A stretch of 64,000 nt of DNA from NCBI RefSeq assembly GCF_902459465.1, contig NC_047066.1:20026001-20090000 (forward strand), written 5' to 3'. The DNA comes from Asterias rubens. Lineage: Eukaryota. The notes under the pieces were generated by a model. It worked only from the letters and a program-made list of their open reading frames with translations, did no database searches and was not told the DNA's origin. Both the position numbers and the translations under genes were made by a program. Positions 1 to 10,896 of the stretch are shown in pieces (positions within the stretch are counted from its first letter, which is position 1; each line of letters begins with the position of its first letter).

Positions 1-1189
1 TTTATAATATTATTATTATAATTATTAGAATTTATGTTTTTGACCAAGATTTGACGTTAAGCTAACTAAAAGTAGCTACGTTCGACTCGAACTTTTTGCG
101 CTCAGTTTTTGGTAACACAATTTTGCCAGAGCACACAACTATTTGTTTACACCATTGTTCAACCCACAAACACGATTGGTTGTAATTACATACTTAAACC
201 ATGAACAACAAGAACAGTTTGAACCACCGATCACAATTACTGCCGGGAACACGGCTTTGTACTAATGATGATTGGAATGGAACTAACGACATGCACTTAG
301 ACTTAATGCTGAGTCCTCTAGTAATGTATAACACATCCAATAGATACGTGCATACTTTAAAGTGTATTCTAAAAGTCATGTTTCCCGCCATTAACTATCT
401 TGGCGACATTTTGGGGCCGAATAATAAACAGAGTCAATCCATTATTACGGGAAAGCTGTAGTGAAAAATGTCCAACTTTGGCCCGTAAAACTAGGAAAGT
501 ACACATCATTTTCAGTGAGCGATTGTGTTCTCATTGAAGTACTTGGGTCAATAAATTTGAATGTAAGCAGTTACTTCGCATGTGGTTTCCAGCAGCACTT
601 CTGGTTTGTACTTGATCTAATTAAGTCCACTGCTTTGAAGCAATACATGGAGATAACAGGTGTAAGTTGCCAGACGAAAAGGATGTGTCTTTTTAGTTTG
701 CCTCTCTCTTTAAGGGAGCATTCCCGTAATGTAAATGTAATGTATAAAAAGAAAACTGCGAGACCTAAACAGAGATAAATAATAAATGTTTTGTGCATTG
801 GCTGAATAAAACGAAATAACGATTATGGGGGGAAAAAATCTGATCAAACGTGTTACCTTATGGTTGAGTCCTTAAACGTACATCTGTGAGGGCGCTATTT
901 GAAACTTGACGGCTTGTACATGTATTTTGTAGTGAACTTGTAATACCACTAACAACATCATAACTAGTAACTAAAAATATTTTGCATTTTACCTTGCGAA
1001 GGCCTTCCTCGTGGCTCGGAGAGCCACTCACATGCGTGGTGTCCCGTTCCAGTCACTTGAGATCGCGGTTCTTCAAGCCACGAAGGCCTTGGCAAAAGGA
1101 TACATCCTTATCACGAATTGAATCAATTTTAAATAGCAAATACAATACCACATTATTTACATCGCTGCCTGGTGACCAAGCAGTCTGGT

Positions 1190-2163
1190 TCACGCGACTT
1201 CCTTTATAGCCATGCTGCATTTCTTCAGGGAGTAATAGTTACTTTTCCAGGGGTTCCATTGTAACCCTTGAGCATATGGAACTCTTGCTTGGTGGTAGTA
1301 TTTACCGTTCAGATGCGAGTAGAAACAAGAGCGGAACCACCATGCTCCTTCATGACGAACTGCACAGTTAGCTCCACTTTCCTCTCTCCTATCGTTATCG
1401 TTGTCTCTGGTAGTGAATTGCTGTCCATTTTGATGTTCAAAGGAGTTGCCTGCGGTACTGTCAGTGTTGTATGAACTGACACTCAGCGTGTATTTGTCAC
1501 CTGATACAGCAAACACTTCATAAACAGCCCAGCTTTTTCACCCTCCCAATCTTCGATTTGTACTTTTAGTTGCCATTGTCCTGACGTTGTGAGTGAACGT
1601 AGAGCATCAAGCCCCAACCAAAACTCAGCAGTAAGATTGCCGAATCCGGTTTTGTAGTCTGCCCAGTCACGGTAAAAGTCAACAGAGCCATCTTGTCTTC
1701 TCTGAATCACGATCCAGCCTCCTCCATCGGTCTCCATATCACAGTAGACCTGAATACCAGTCAGATCATGATAAATGATGTAGATGCCACTGTCACGATG
1801 TCCAGCTTTGTACCACATCTGACAACTGCTGTAACGTAAAGTTCCATCATAGTAGGCACTTCCTTGCAACTGCATGAAATCAGTAGGGCTGTGATCTCCG
1901 GTGACATTGTTCAACTCACAAACCTGGCTGCTTGTGTGATAATTAAAGGATGCACAATTTGAATCAAACGAGCAGTCTCGCCCGCATATGACAGAAGAAG
2001 ATGCTGTTTTCAACTGGTAAACGTGCTTCAGAAGTGCGTGGTTGTCAAACAAGTATAAATTAGTTCGAGCGGTGATTTTTTTATCACAACATTCGACCCA
2101 TACTTGGTGTGTCAAGAACGCTAGAAAGAGAAGCAAGACCGCTGTGATGACTGTCATTTTCAA
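1190..2163 (-). pseudogene. Intronless secreted fibrinogen-related protein (signal peptide + PAN/apple-like module + FReD) with a 1-nt frameshift near 1531; pseudogene, null allele or assembly error
   Basis: ORF 1483-2163 has a signal peptide (MKMTVITAVLLLFLAFLTHQVW), a PAN-like Cys pattern (ICGRDCSFDSNCASFNY..CELN) and the FReD N-half (VYCDMETDGGGWIVIQRRQDGSVDFYRDWADYKTGFG..EFWLGLD). ORF 1190-1516 has the FReD C-half (FTTRDNDND..NCA..GAWWFRSCFYSHLNGKY). At GAA AAA GC TGG GCT GTT TAT (1539-1520) adding one base restores EKAWAVYEVFAVSGDKY and a 324-aa protein. Confidence 0.85.
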
Positions 2164-2381
2164 ATCAGTTTGAGTGTCTAAACACCTATTTCACTCTGCT
2201 TTTCGTTCAAGATTACAACCTCAATTTACCGCCTGTAAATGGCCTTTGAAAACTAGATACAACTTGCCTACCGATCATTAGCTGTACGTGACCATGGTGA
2301 CGCGTCGTTAATTGTTAGTTAATTAATGCAACATGTACATGTATACCGATATCAAGGTTTGTTGACGGTCTGCCGGCTTTA

Positions 2382-2679
2382 TAGTCTTGGTTCCAAGACC
2401 ACTGGTGTTGCGCGGTCACACACAACCAACGTTCCGATTATGCACGGCAAAAACTATACACGCTTGTAATGAACGAACGCTAGCGGGCGCTCTGTTTCTC
2501 TGATTTAGATCTCACCATGAGATTTTGGTGAGCACAGGACATGGTGAGATCCGGAAATCAGAGAAACAGAGCGCCCGCTAGCGTTCGTTCATTACAAGCG
2601 TGTACAGTTTTTGCCGTGCATAATCGGAACGTTGGTTGTGTGTGACCACGCAACACCAATGGTCTAGGAACCAAGACTA
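2382..2679. mobile_element. Foldback MITE with 9-bp TSD (Mutator/MULE- or Merlin-like, non-autonomous)
   Basis: Near-perfect ~135-bp inverted arms (TAGTCTTGGTTCCAAGACC...GGTCTAGGAACCAAGACTA) around a short spacer; flanked by the direct repeat CCGGCTTTA at 2373-2381 and 2680-2688. Confidence 0.85.
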
Positions 2680-3321
2680 CCGGCTTTACAATTAAAGGGA
2701 CATTCTGGTTTTGGCTATACAAGAGGTGTGATGAACTGAATATGGTTGGAAAATGTTTTAAAAGTTGTAGCACATAATAAATCCACACAAATATACATCA
2801 AAATTGTTTGCTTTTACTTCTCGTTAACGAGAAGGTAATCCCATAGGGACAAAAATTGTTATAATAATAAGCCTTGGCATTTTTGAAATCCACGATTCTG
2901 GTAATTTACTGCAAGCATCTTGAAACTAATTTTATAGTCCACCCGGGCGGTACAGTGACTAGAGGGTTTAGGAATTCAAGACGTTCATAGCGGTCTTTGG
3001 AGGTTGGAGGGGCAAATATTAATTCTCAGTCTCAACATTTAAAGTTGTCAGTTTTCCAGTCTTTACCGATCCTGGATCACTCTCATGCACCTTAACGTGT
3101 CGTCCATATTCTCTCATTCAGGAGGAAAGTCGGTATTTTTAACTTAGAGGTTTTAAATTTTTCATAGACCATCAACTCATCTCAAATCCCCTTCCCTGCT
3201 CATCTCGCCGCTGCCCGATTACACGCATCGTCGGTTTTCCTAATAGAGAGCTGACACAAAGAGACCGTGTGACAATAATATTGTATTATTCATGAGTATT
3301 CTGTTTATATCAAGCTTCAGC

Positions 3322-3700
3322 TTTGGTAATTGTCAAAGACCAGTGTTCTCACTTGGTATATCTCAAACTATGCATAAAACAAAAACCCTGTACAAATTTT
3401 ACCCTTGGTCGGCAAAATTGCGAGAGGAGAATCGTGAAGGAAAAAACACCATTGTCACACAAGTTGTGTGCTTTCAGATGCCCTGAAATCGAAACCTCAG
3501 CTCAGGTATCTTATACATTAAAAAAAAAATTAGTAAGAAATTACGACTTGCTCAAAAACTACGTTACTTCAGAGGAAGCCATTCCTCACAATATTGTACA
3601 CTTCAAGCAGCTCTCCATTGTTCGTTCGTTACGAAGTGAAACAAATATTTCAAGTATATACCAGAAGTGTCCATCGTTAGTTTACCATTAGTGACAGTAC
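3322..3700 (+). mobile_element. Degenerate copy of the TTAA-flanked (Kolobok-like) MITE family
   Basis: Aligns by eye to the 4193-4570 copy (tttggtaattgtcaaagaccagt..gttgtgtgctttcagatg..aaaactacgttacttcagagg); termini decayed. Confidence 0.7.
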
Positions 3701-4192
3701 TTTTCGTAAAAACTCATACCAACTAAAATGTCTCAAAATTAACGAGTGTCGACTAACAACTGAGACAGGCAAACGGTCAGAGTACATTAATTGCTATATT
3801 GTCTTATAAGTATCTACGTGCATCTGCTCTCATCAGAAAGATGGTCGATCAATATTTTGTTTAAAACCCAACTCAGCTATACAACTCGTCCATAATTGAT
3901 TGCAGTTCCCTTCTTCCGGTTACAAAGATAGCTTACAAGGCAGCAATTAGTGACCATGACAACCGTATCATCAGTATTTTGGGCCTGCGTCATTTCAGGC
4001 TCTATGGGTGTGTGCTCTTAATTAGCTTTACTTTATTCACCCAGTTGATTCTTCTTTTTCAACAAATTGAGCAAATGTAAAGAGATAAACATGCATAGGG
4101 AGTTCTAAATTCTCCAACCCATCAGACCATACAGTTAATTAACATGCACCAGCAAGAATCTCAGGTTTGACAAAACTATCCGGGGCAACTAA

Positions 4193-4570
4193 AGACAGTG
4201 GACACTATTGGTAATTGTCAAAGACCAGTCTTCTCATTTGGTGTATCTAAATATATGCATAATATAACACACTTGTGGAAATTTGAGCTCAATTGGTCGC
4301 CGAAGTTGCGAGATACGAGTGAGAAAAAAACCACCATTGTCACACCAAGTTGTGTGCTTTCAGATGCTTGATTTCGAGACCTCACATTCTAAACTTGAGG
4401 TCTCGAAATAAAATTCGTGGAAAATTACTTCTTTCTCGAAAACTACTTCACTTCAGAGGGAGCCGTTTCTCACAATGTTTTATACTGTCAACCTCTCCCC
4501 ATTACTCGTTACCAAGTGAGGTTTTATGCTGATAATTATTTGGAGTAATTACCAATAGTGTCCACTGCCT
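4193..4570 (+). mobile_element. TTAA-flanked MITE, Kolobok-like
   Basis: TIRs AGACAGTGGACACTATTGGTAATT / AATTACCAATAGTGTCCACTGCCT; flanks CTAA (left) and TTAA (right). TTAA target with 5'-AG termini fits Kolobok better than piggyBac, whose termini start CCY. Confidence 0.8.
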
Positions 4571-5590
4571 TTAAGCCAACCAGGATCCTACATCGCGTTA
4601 GGCTTTGCATTGCGCACTTGTACGCTCCCATTATTTTCACCTATTGACTGCTCATGTATCATACAAAGAATACAAAACAGTTGTCAAAATGATTTTTTAC
4701 TATACATGTAAACTGTTTTTTTATTAAGACAGAGAGAATATGTACTTACAGAGTAGTGCCATCTTCAAGATTTTCCCTGCTCCAATTTCACTACAGCAAT
4801 GTTCCAAAATCACCCCTTCACATCAATTTGCAACACTGATAACCTGCATGTGTTAAAAGTCTGTAAAATGAAGCAGGCATCCGGATTTTTTGAAACTTAC
4901 TCGACTCCGCTAGATCATCATTTTATCTATTCAGGTTTGTCCCATCAAACAATTGCCTGATCTTAGCCACAATGCATTTAAATAAATAGTACTTAAAAAA
5001 AATAAGAGTGGAGCACCAAAATATTTTGCACACAGAACACTACCGTAAACTTACTCTTCATATAAAGTTTTGTCTCTACTCTCTATCATGACTGTCTCCA
5101 TTTCTATAACATGATCCCTAGTCAGTTCATCTTTGTAAACAGCTTGGCTGTAAATGAGTTGGCCTCATCTCTTTTCCTGTCGGCAAGTATTTCAATCATC
5201 CTGCATATTCAAGAGGTGACTGTTTTGCCCTGGATTACACTTTCAATTTACATGCAGTTCGTTCACCGCGTCCTGTCACAATATGTTGCACTCCATCAAT
5301 GATTTTGCAGTCTTGATTTACCCTTCTTTCTTCACTCCATCAACATCCAAGTCTTCCTAGACCAGTCCTGATTCGATTGACAGTGCTGTTAAGGAACACC
5401 ATCTATACCCAGGCCGATGCTAGAGGTCTTTGATTGGTGTGGGACAACTCCAAGAATTAACTCATAGCCACCTAGAGTTTGAGCTAGATTGCAGCATTTG
5501 GGACATCATCTGGTGACAACCCATCTTGAAGGTTAAGCCATAGTATTTATACCACCTCTAACATCTTGGGTTGAAGACCTGCAAGATCCA

Positions 5591-8500
5591 TCAATTCACC
5601 TTAAAAATTCTAGTCCTGCCTCTCTTAAGAGGAGGTTCACCACTTGGAACGTCATCCTCAAAAGACCGTTTGTCCAAGCTGGCTGTACTGAATATTTTGG
5701 CTGCCGTGCCATCTGATAAAATCAATTTCAATCTCTTGTGCTTGTCAAACTCTTGTGGAGTATTTGCAGAATCGCATGTATTGCCAGTCGATGACAAACC
5801 ACTGGCTGAAAGTTCGTACGACACCTTGTCATCATTGGAGAGCATCTGGACATCATTCTGAAGCTCAGAGAGCGAGTCTTTGGTCTGGATGTTCCCCTCT
5901 ACTTGGCTCTCAACCAAGTCATTCTCTGATGTGATAGTCATGACAACTGTCTGCTCCATGTTTTCCAGGGTGCTAACAGAGTCTGTAGGCATCATCATAA
6001 TACCTTGAATGTTTTGAGATTGGATACTGCCAAGATCTGCTGGTACCAGATCCCCATCTGCCGTTGAGACTGACTCTTCCTCACTTGACACTGTCTTGGA
6101 AAGCTCTCCCAATTCAGCATAAAGTCTCAGCTGTGCCAGATGGTGGTGAAGTAGTTGTGTGTGCTCCTCTGATAGATGCTGCACCAGCTCCTGCAGCATG
6201 GACTGTTGAACTGTGCCATTTGTTAGACGCTTCAAACTGGAAGAGTGCATAGCAGTCAGCTGCTGTTTTAAGGCTGTGTTTGTGTTGGAGAAATATTTGA
6301 CCTAGAGCACAGATTGGACAAAAAGAATGAAATTTATTACAGTGCTCTGCCTCTAATGTCATTTGGCATAAATCAACAAAACACAATCTGCTTATAATTG
6401 TTCTTTACGTAATTCTTGTGAACTAAGGCTGCAAAGCATTCAGAAGAATTATCTCTGAATATCAAATATAATAGTGGGATATGAACTGTCATCAAAGTTT
6501 GGTCAAAACAAACTTAGATCGAGCACTGTTCTCTATCACATGAAAATTATGTAAAATTTGTGCATCAAACGAGCTCTTTGAGAAACAAGTGCAATTACCT
6601 TAGCCCTCAATCTCTCTATAGTGTCCTTCATCTTCTGCTCTGTCTTATTCCACTTTCTCCTCTCCTCTTGTAGTTGTTTCTCAAGCCGTTCCTTCTCATG
6701 CAAGAGTGTGAGATTGATGGCGCCACTGTGCTCTGAGAAGCAGGCAGCTGGACCTGTATCTTCTTTCTCAGACCCTTCGGGGATCTCAATCAGCACTATT
6801 GTTTCTGCAAGAGAAATACAATTTTATGGTGGACTCGTTTAGCTTAATAGTCTCTGATTAAAGTTAGTAGATCAATGCTGAACCTTCCATGCTATCAAGT
6901 GTACTAACAACCCTAACAATAATATTTCCTTCTTTTCTGTTTGTAACCTTTAGGGATGAGTGTCACTGCTGACAAACAAGACTGAAACTGGGATCCAGAC
7001 CTTATCAAGTACATTTAAAAGATAGCAATTCCACCTTGAGCTAACCTCTGAGTTATAGATGTCCTTGAGCATTTTGTGCTTAAAGTAGATCCAAGAGCAC
7101 GATTTATCTAAATTTTGAGAAAAGTACAGCATTTTTAATATACATGTACCAGGTAGACTTTAAAAAGTCTAAATTCAGCTAAATGTATGAACAATGTCTC
7201 ATCCATGAACCTTGTAAGTTGTACAAGGACATACGTTCATCTCCATGGCATGTTCATTAAACTTTACCAAAGTCATATACAAAGTTATAGAGAATCTGAA
7301 ACAGAGAATCACTGAAAGTTCTTCATTTGTTAACAATTTTTTAGTACAGAGAGCCAAATTTCTTTCTGCTCATAAAGCAATCTGTCAGCTCTACTTACAT
7401 GTTTTCAACAAAAAGATCAGCACTCACCCTCTCCATTGTCAGTGCTCTGACTAGGAACATCACTTCCCACACACTCAATTTGTTGCCCACTGTTTTCCTC
7501 ATAGCCTGGGGATGTGTCAACCCTATCTATTCTTCCCTCCATAGACTGTACAATGAGGTGCGACTCCAGGCTAGTGCTGTTTGCAACTTGGCTGGTGTAG
7601 GATGCCATCGTTTGGTTCACATCCTATGAGATGTAAATGATATTTTAAGGATAAGTCTTAATGTACTTTTTACCATGCTTATAAGAAAATATACAATGCA
7701 AACAGCTTGCATATGTGTTAGGGCTACAAAACTATTAAAGAACTGCTGTAACAAAATATTTTGCTAATTTCACTATACTACATGTGCACATTTCTCACAA
7801 ATTACTTTGACAAATACATACATAAAAAGTAAAAACACACATTCTCAAATATGCATCCCCAGCCCTCTGTGGGAGACATCTTTTGTTCTTTCAATTTTCC
7901 CATAAACTTTGTACGCAAAATTGCTCGTTAAACACAAACGGTCTTTAGAATTTCCCTATTAAGTCCTTTTATTTTTCTGTCAACACAATGGTAAGTATCA
8001 GTACCTGAGCAACAACAATTTGTAGCGTGGTCTGTGGGTTGCGGAAGTGTTGTTTATAATGCTTCATAGCCTCATCTCGTCTATTGAACCCATTATGACA
8101 GTGGTAGCAATGCCAGTGGGCACCCTTGAAGTGTTTGAACTGATGGATGATTCCGTGGACATCACACATCCGACAGCACCGCAAGATTTTCAACCCTGTT
8201 CAGAGAAATTGATCCCCCAAAAAATTAACATTAAAAACTAGTGGTTTTAAAGTTTGGTTCTTGCAATAGGTTTAAATTGTAATATTATATTCACCACTTG
8301 AGTTGTCATTAAGTCCTTCACGGCAATTCTCTGAATTGACATCTCGAGTTTTGATCTTTCAATAAACTTATATGTAATAAGTGAAATTGATTAATTTCTG
8401 CTTTTCACAGACATTTATTTTCTGGAATGATGGTTCACTTTTGATACACTCCCTGGCTAATACTTCACAGACTCAAATGTGAAACTCAAATACATTTTAC

Positions 8501-8709
8501 ACACATCTAGTGAATCTAGATTACTCACCAGCAAACTCGATTGCCTTATCAACATGCTTGACCCTGTAGTGAGCCTTGAGAATGAGCTGGTCATTAAACA
8601 TGGTCTCCAACGTGCAGAACGGACAATGAAGATGGGGTCCCTTTATCGTATAGGAACATTCACTATCCATGCAATGCAGTGGGGTCCAGTCAACTTCAGT
8701 GCCTTTCAT
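5591..8709 (-). CDS. Uncharacterised zinc-finger protein (two Castor-like C2H2 modules, coiled coil, low-complexity tail), about 494 aa, 5 coding exons
   Basis: Exons 8709-8529 (acceptor at 8727; the ATG at 8709 is assumed as start), 8195-8005, 7623-7428, 6804-6599, 6301-5591. All are GT-AG with matching phases 1,0,1,0, total 1485 nt. Motifs: CPFC-x14-H-x4-H, CYHC-x12-H-x3-H, and coiled coil LLHEKERLEKQLQEERRKWNKTEQKMKDTIERLRAKVKYF. Confidence 0.8.
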
Positions 8710-8835
8710 ACGCACCGACGGGTGTGCCTACATTAGCATGAAAAGACAGTTTTTAGCAAAATTATTCAACATTAGGAATGCTGAATTTTTACAGCGCATA
8801 GGGACCTCACGGTGATATGCGCTATATAAGAATGG

Positions 8836-8867
<32 letters not shown>

Positions 8868-9499
8868 AAAGTTACCATTTTTGTTGTTTCTATAAATAAG
8901 GCTTTCATCATTCATATTTATTTAAATTCAACTGCCTAACTTTGCGCCTTGAACACCCAGCAGGGTGGATATGTGTGCATTACAAGCCTTATTATTATTA
9001 TTATTATTAGTTAAAGCAAGGGTACCAGTAATTATAATTAGGCATAAACAAAGTAGGCAAACTATTTTTAAAATTCTGTACATAACCTATCATTTAATTT
9101 TTGTAGCAAACTTTTAAAATTCTGTACCTATCCTAAACTACCATTTAATTTTTTACCAACCAAGAAAAGTTATTATTAAAAGTTTCTAGTAGGAAACTTA
9201 TGAGGCGTGCCTCAAAAGTGAACTTAATCACAGATAACTTGGATTGGTAGCATTATGAGGGAAACTGCAGACAAGGCCTGGGTGAGTGAGCGTGCAGTGC
9301 ATGCACTGAACCAAAATCACATCAAGGGTGTGTTCTTAGCTCTTCTAAATGCTCTGTTATAATTATTGGTACAACTTTACAATACAATTACAAAAGACCA
9401 ATCCAGCTTTACACTTACATAGGTCCCATCATGTTTGTATGCTACAATACTTGTATTTCAATACAAAATGGAGGGTAATATATAAAGTATTAAAACAAA

Positions 9500-10050
9500 A
9501 CAACAGAGGGCTGCTTTATGAATAAACGCCATGGTCCACCTGGAGGTAGAACGCGTCGGCTCATCAAGTGTCCGGAAACTGGACAAAAATACTTAAAATT
9601 CAACAAAACCAATACATATTTTCGTACTTTGAACGCTTTAAGTTGAGTTTTGAAAAACTAAATATATACGTACCACATGGATAGACATACTCCCAGAATA
9701 TTTTACACAAGAGTCGACGACAAGTCCATAAAATCTGTAATAAATGTGTGATTTTCGTGAAGTTCGTGAAGGCGACTGTGTACACGTCACTTATTTCTGT
9801 ACCAAACGCATGACGTCATTGCTAGTCTTGTATGAACAGCCGTTAAAACCGAATGCACTCTCAATGGTGGAAACGCTTGCTGCGCTACACTGATCAAAAT
9901 AGAAAGCGTGTGTGTTGGAGGCGAGTCTAGTGACAAAAACAAACAGGTCAAAGGTTGTAAACTAAAAGCACGGGAGAAGTAAACACGGGACATTTGGATC
10001 GGAGGCGCTTATAAATCTTTTCCAGTTTCGACTTTGCCTCATAAATCAAG
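9500..10050. promoter_or_regulatory. Probable bidirectional promoter between the zinc-finger gene and the NDH-2 gene
   Basis: Locally CpG-richer segment between divergent genes. Perfect CRE palindrome TGACGTCA at 9811-9818 and ETS-like CCGGAA near 9572. A candidate non-coding NDH-2 exon ends at a donor near 10050 (caag|gtttga), with an acceptor at 10848 (ctacag|). Function is inferred. Confidence 0.45.
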
Positions 10051-10339
10051 GTTTGAGTAATTTTTGTATAGTAATATTAGCGTATAGATAGTTACTATTC
10101 ACATACGTTAGTTAGTCCGTACTGTCATGACTGCACATGTTCCATTGTTTGGTATTTTGACTCTTTTTCTATATTTTTAATTTTTACTCAACCATCACGT
10201 TCACGGTCAACCAATTTTTTGTAAATTAATCACTGACAAATCATGTCGGTTTTTTTTGTAGGAAGTACAATTACTAATTGAATAACCTGTTTATATGGTT
10301 TCGGTTAGGAAGGACTTGATGTCAAATGTGGAAGACTGT

Positions 10340-10473
10340 TAGACCCAGTGACTGGGGCGCTAGATTCCCTTTTTCGAAGTTTTGACATTCATTATCGGTC
10401 ATCTAGATTTTCGAAAAAAAGGAATCTAGCGCCCCAGTCACTGGGTCTACTAGCGCCCCAGTCACTGGGTCTA
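10340..10473. mobile_element. Small foldback MITE with 9-bp TSD and a duplicated right terminus
   Basis: TIR TAGACCCAGTGACTGGGGCGCTAG; the right end CTAGCGCCCCAGTCACTGGGTCTA occurs twice in tandem; TSD GAAGACTGT at 10331-10339 and 10474-10482. Confidence 0.85.
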
Positions 10474-10587
10474 GAAGACTGTAGTGTTTAGTTTGTAAAA
10501 TTGTGAAGAATAAAGGAGGTCTACAATTTACAAAGATAGCAGCCTCTCTAGATACTAGCTACTAAAATTAAAAATAATATGCCTAGC

Positions 10588-10710
10588 TAGACCCAGTAAC
10601 TGGGGCGCTGTACTCCTTTCTTCGAAATTTTGACATTCTCGGTCGTACTAGCTCGACCACGAATGTCAAAATTTCAAAAAAGGAGTACAGCGCACCAGTT
10701 AGTGGGTCTA
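10588..10710. mobile_element. Small foldback MITE with 9-bp TSD (same family as 10340-10473)
   Basis: TAGACCCAGTAACTGGGGCGCTGTACTCC...GGAGTACAGCGCACCAGTTAGTGGGTCTA; TSD ATGCCTAGC at 10579-10587 and 10711-10719. Confidence 0.85.
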
Positions 10711-10896
10711 ATGCCTAGCTAAGTTAGTGTGTGTTGTTAAACTTTGTAGGCTGTAGGCCTGTATGCAGATTCGTGACTGTACATGATTTCATTTACAAAA
10801 TACTCAATCCCATTTCGAGTCCATTCTTTTTTCTATTCCATTCTACAGATTTGATGGACAATTGTTGACTGAACGAACCCCAAGAAACCACAAGAA

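Noticed and set aside
5100-5590. Purine-rich, coding-looking stretch after the zinc-finger gene stop
   Set aside because: Multiple stops in the frames checked and no convincing acceptor; treated as 3' UTR.
6950-7132. Possible extra exon of the zinc-finger gene
   Set aside because: The flanking exons already join in phase (7428 to 6804) and the peptide looks non-conserved; not needed for the model.
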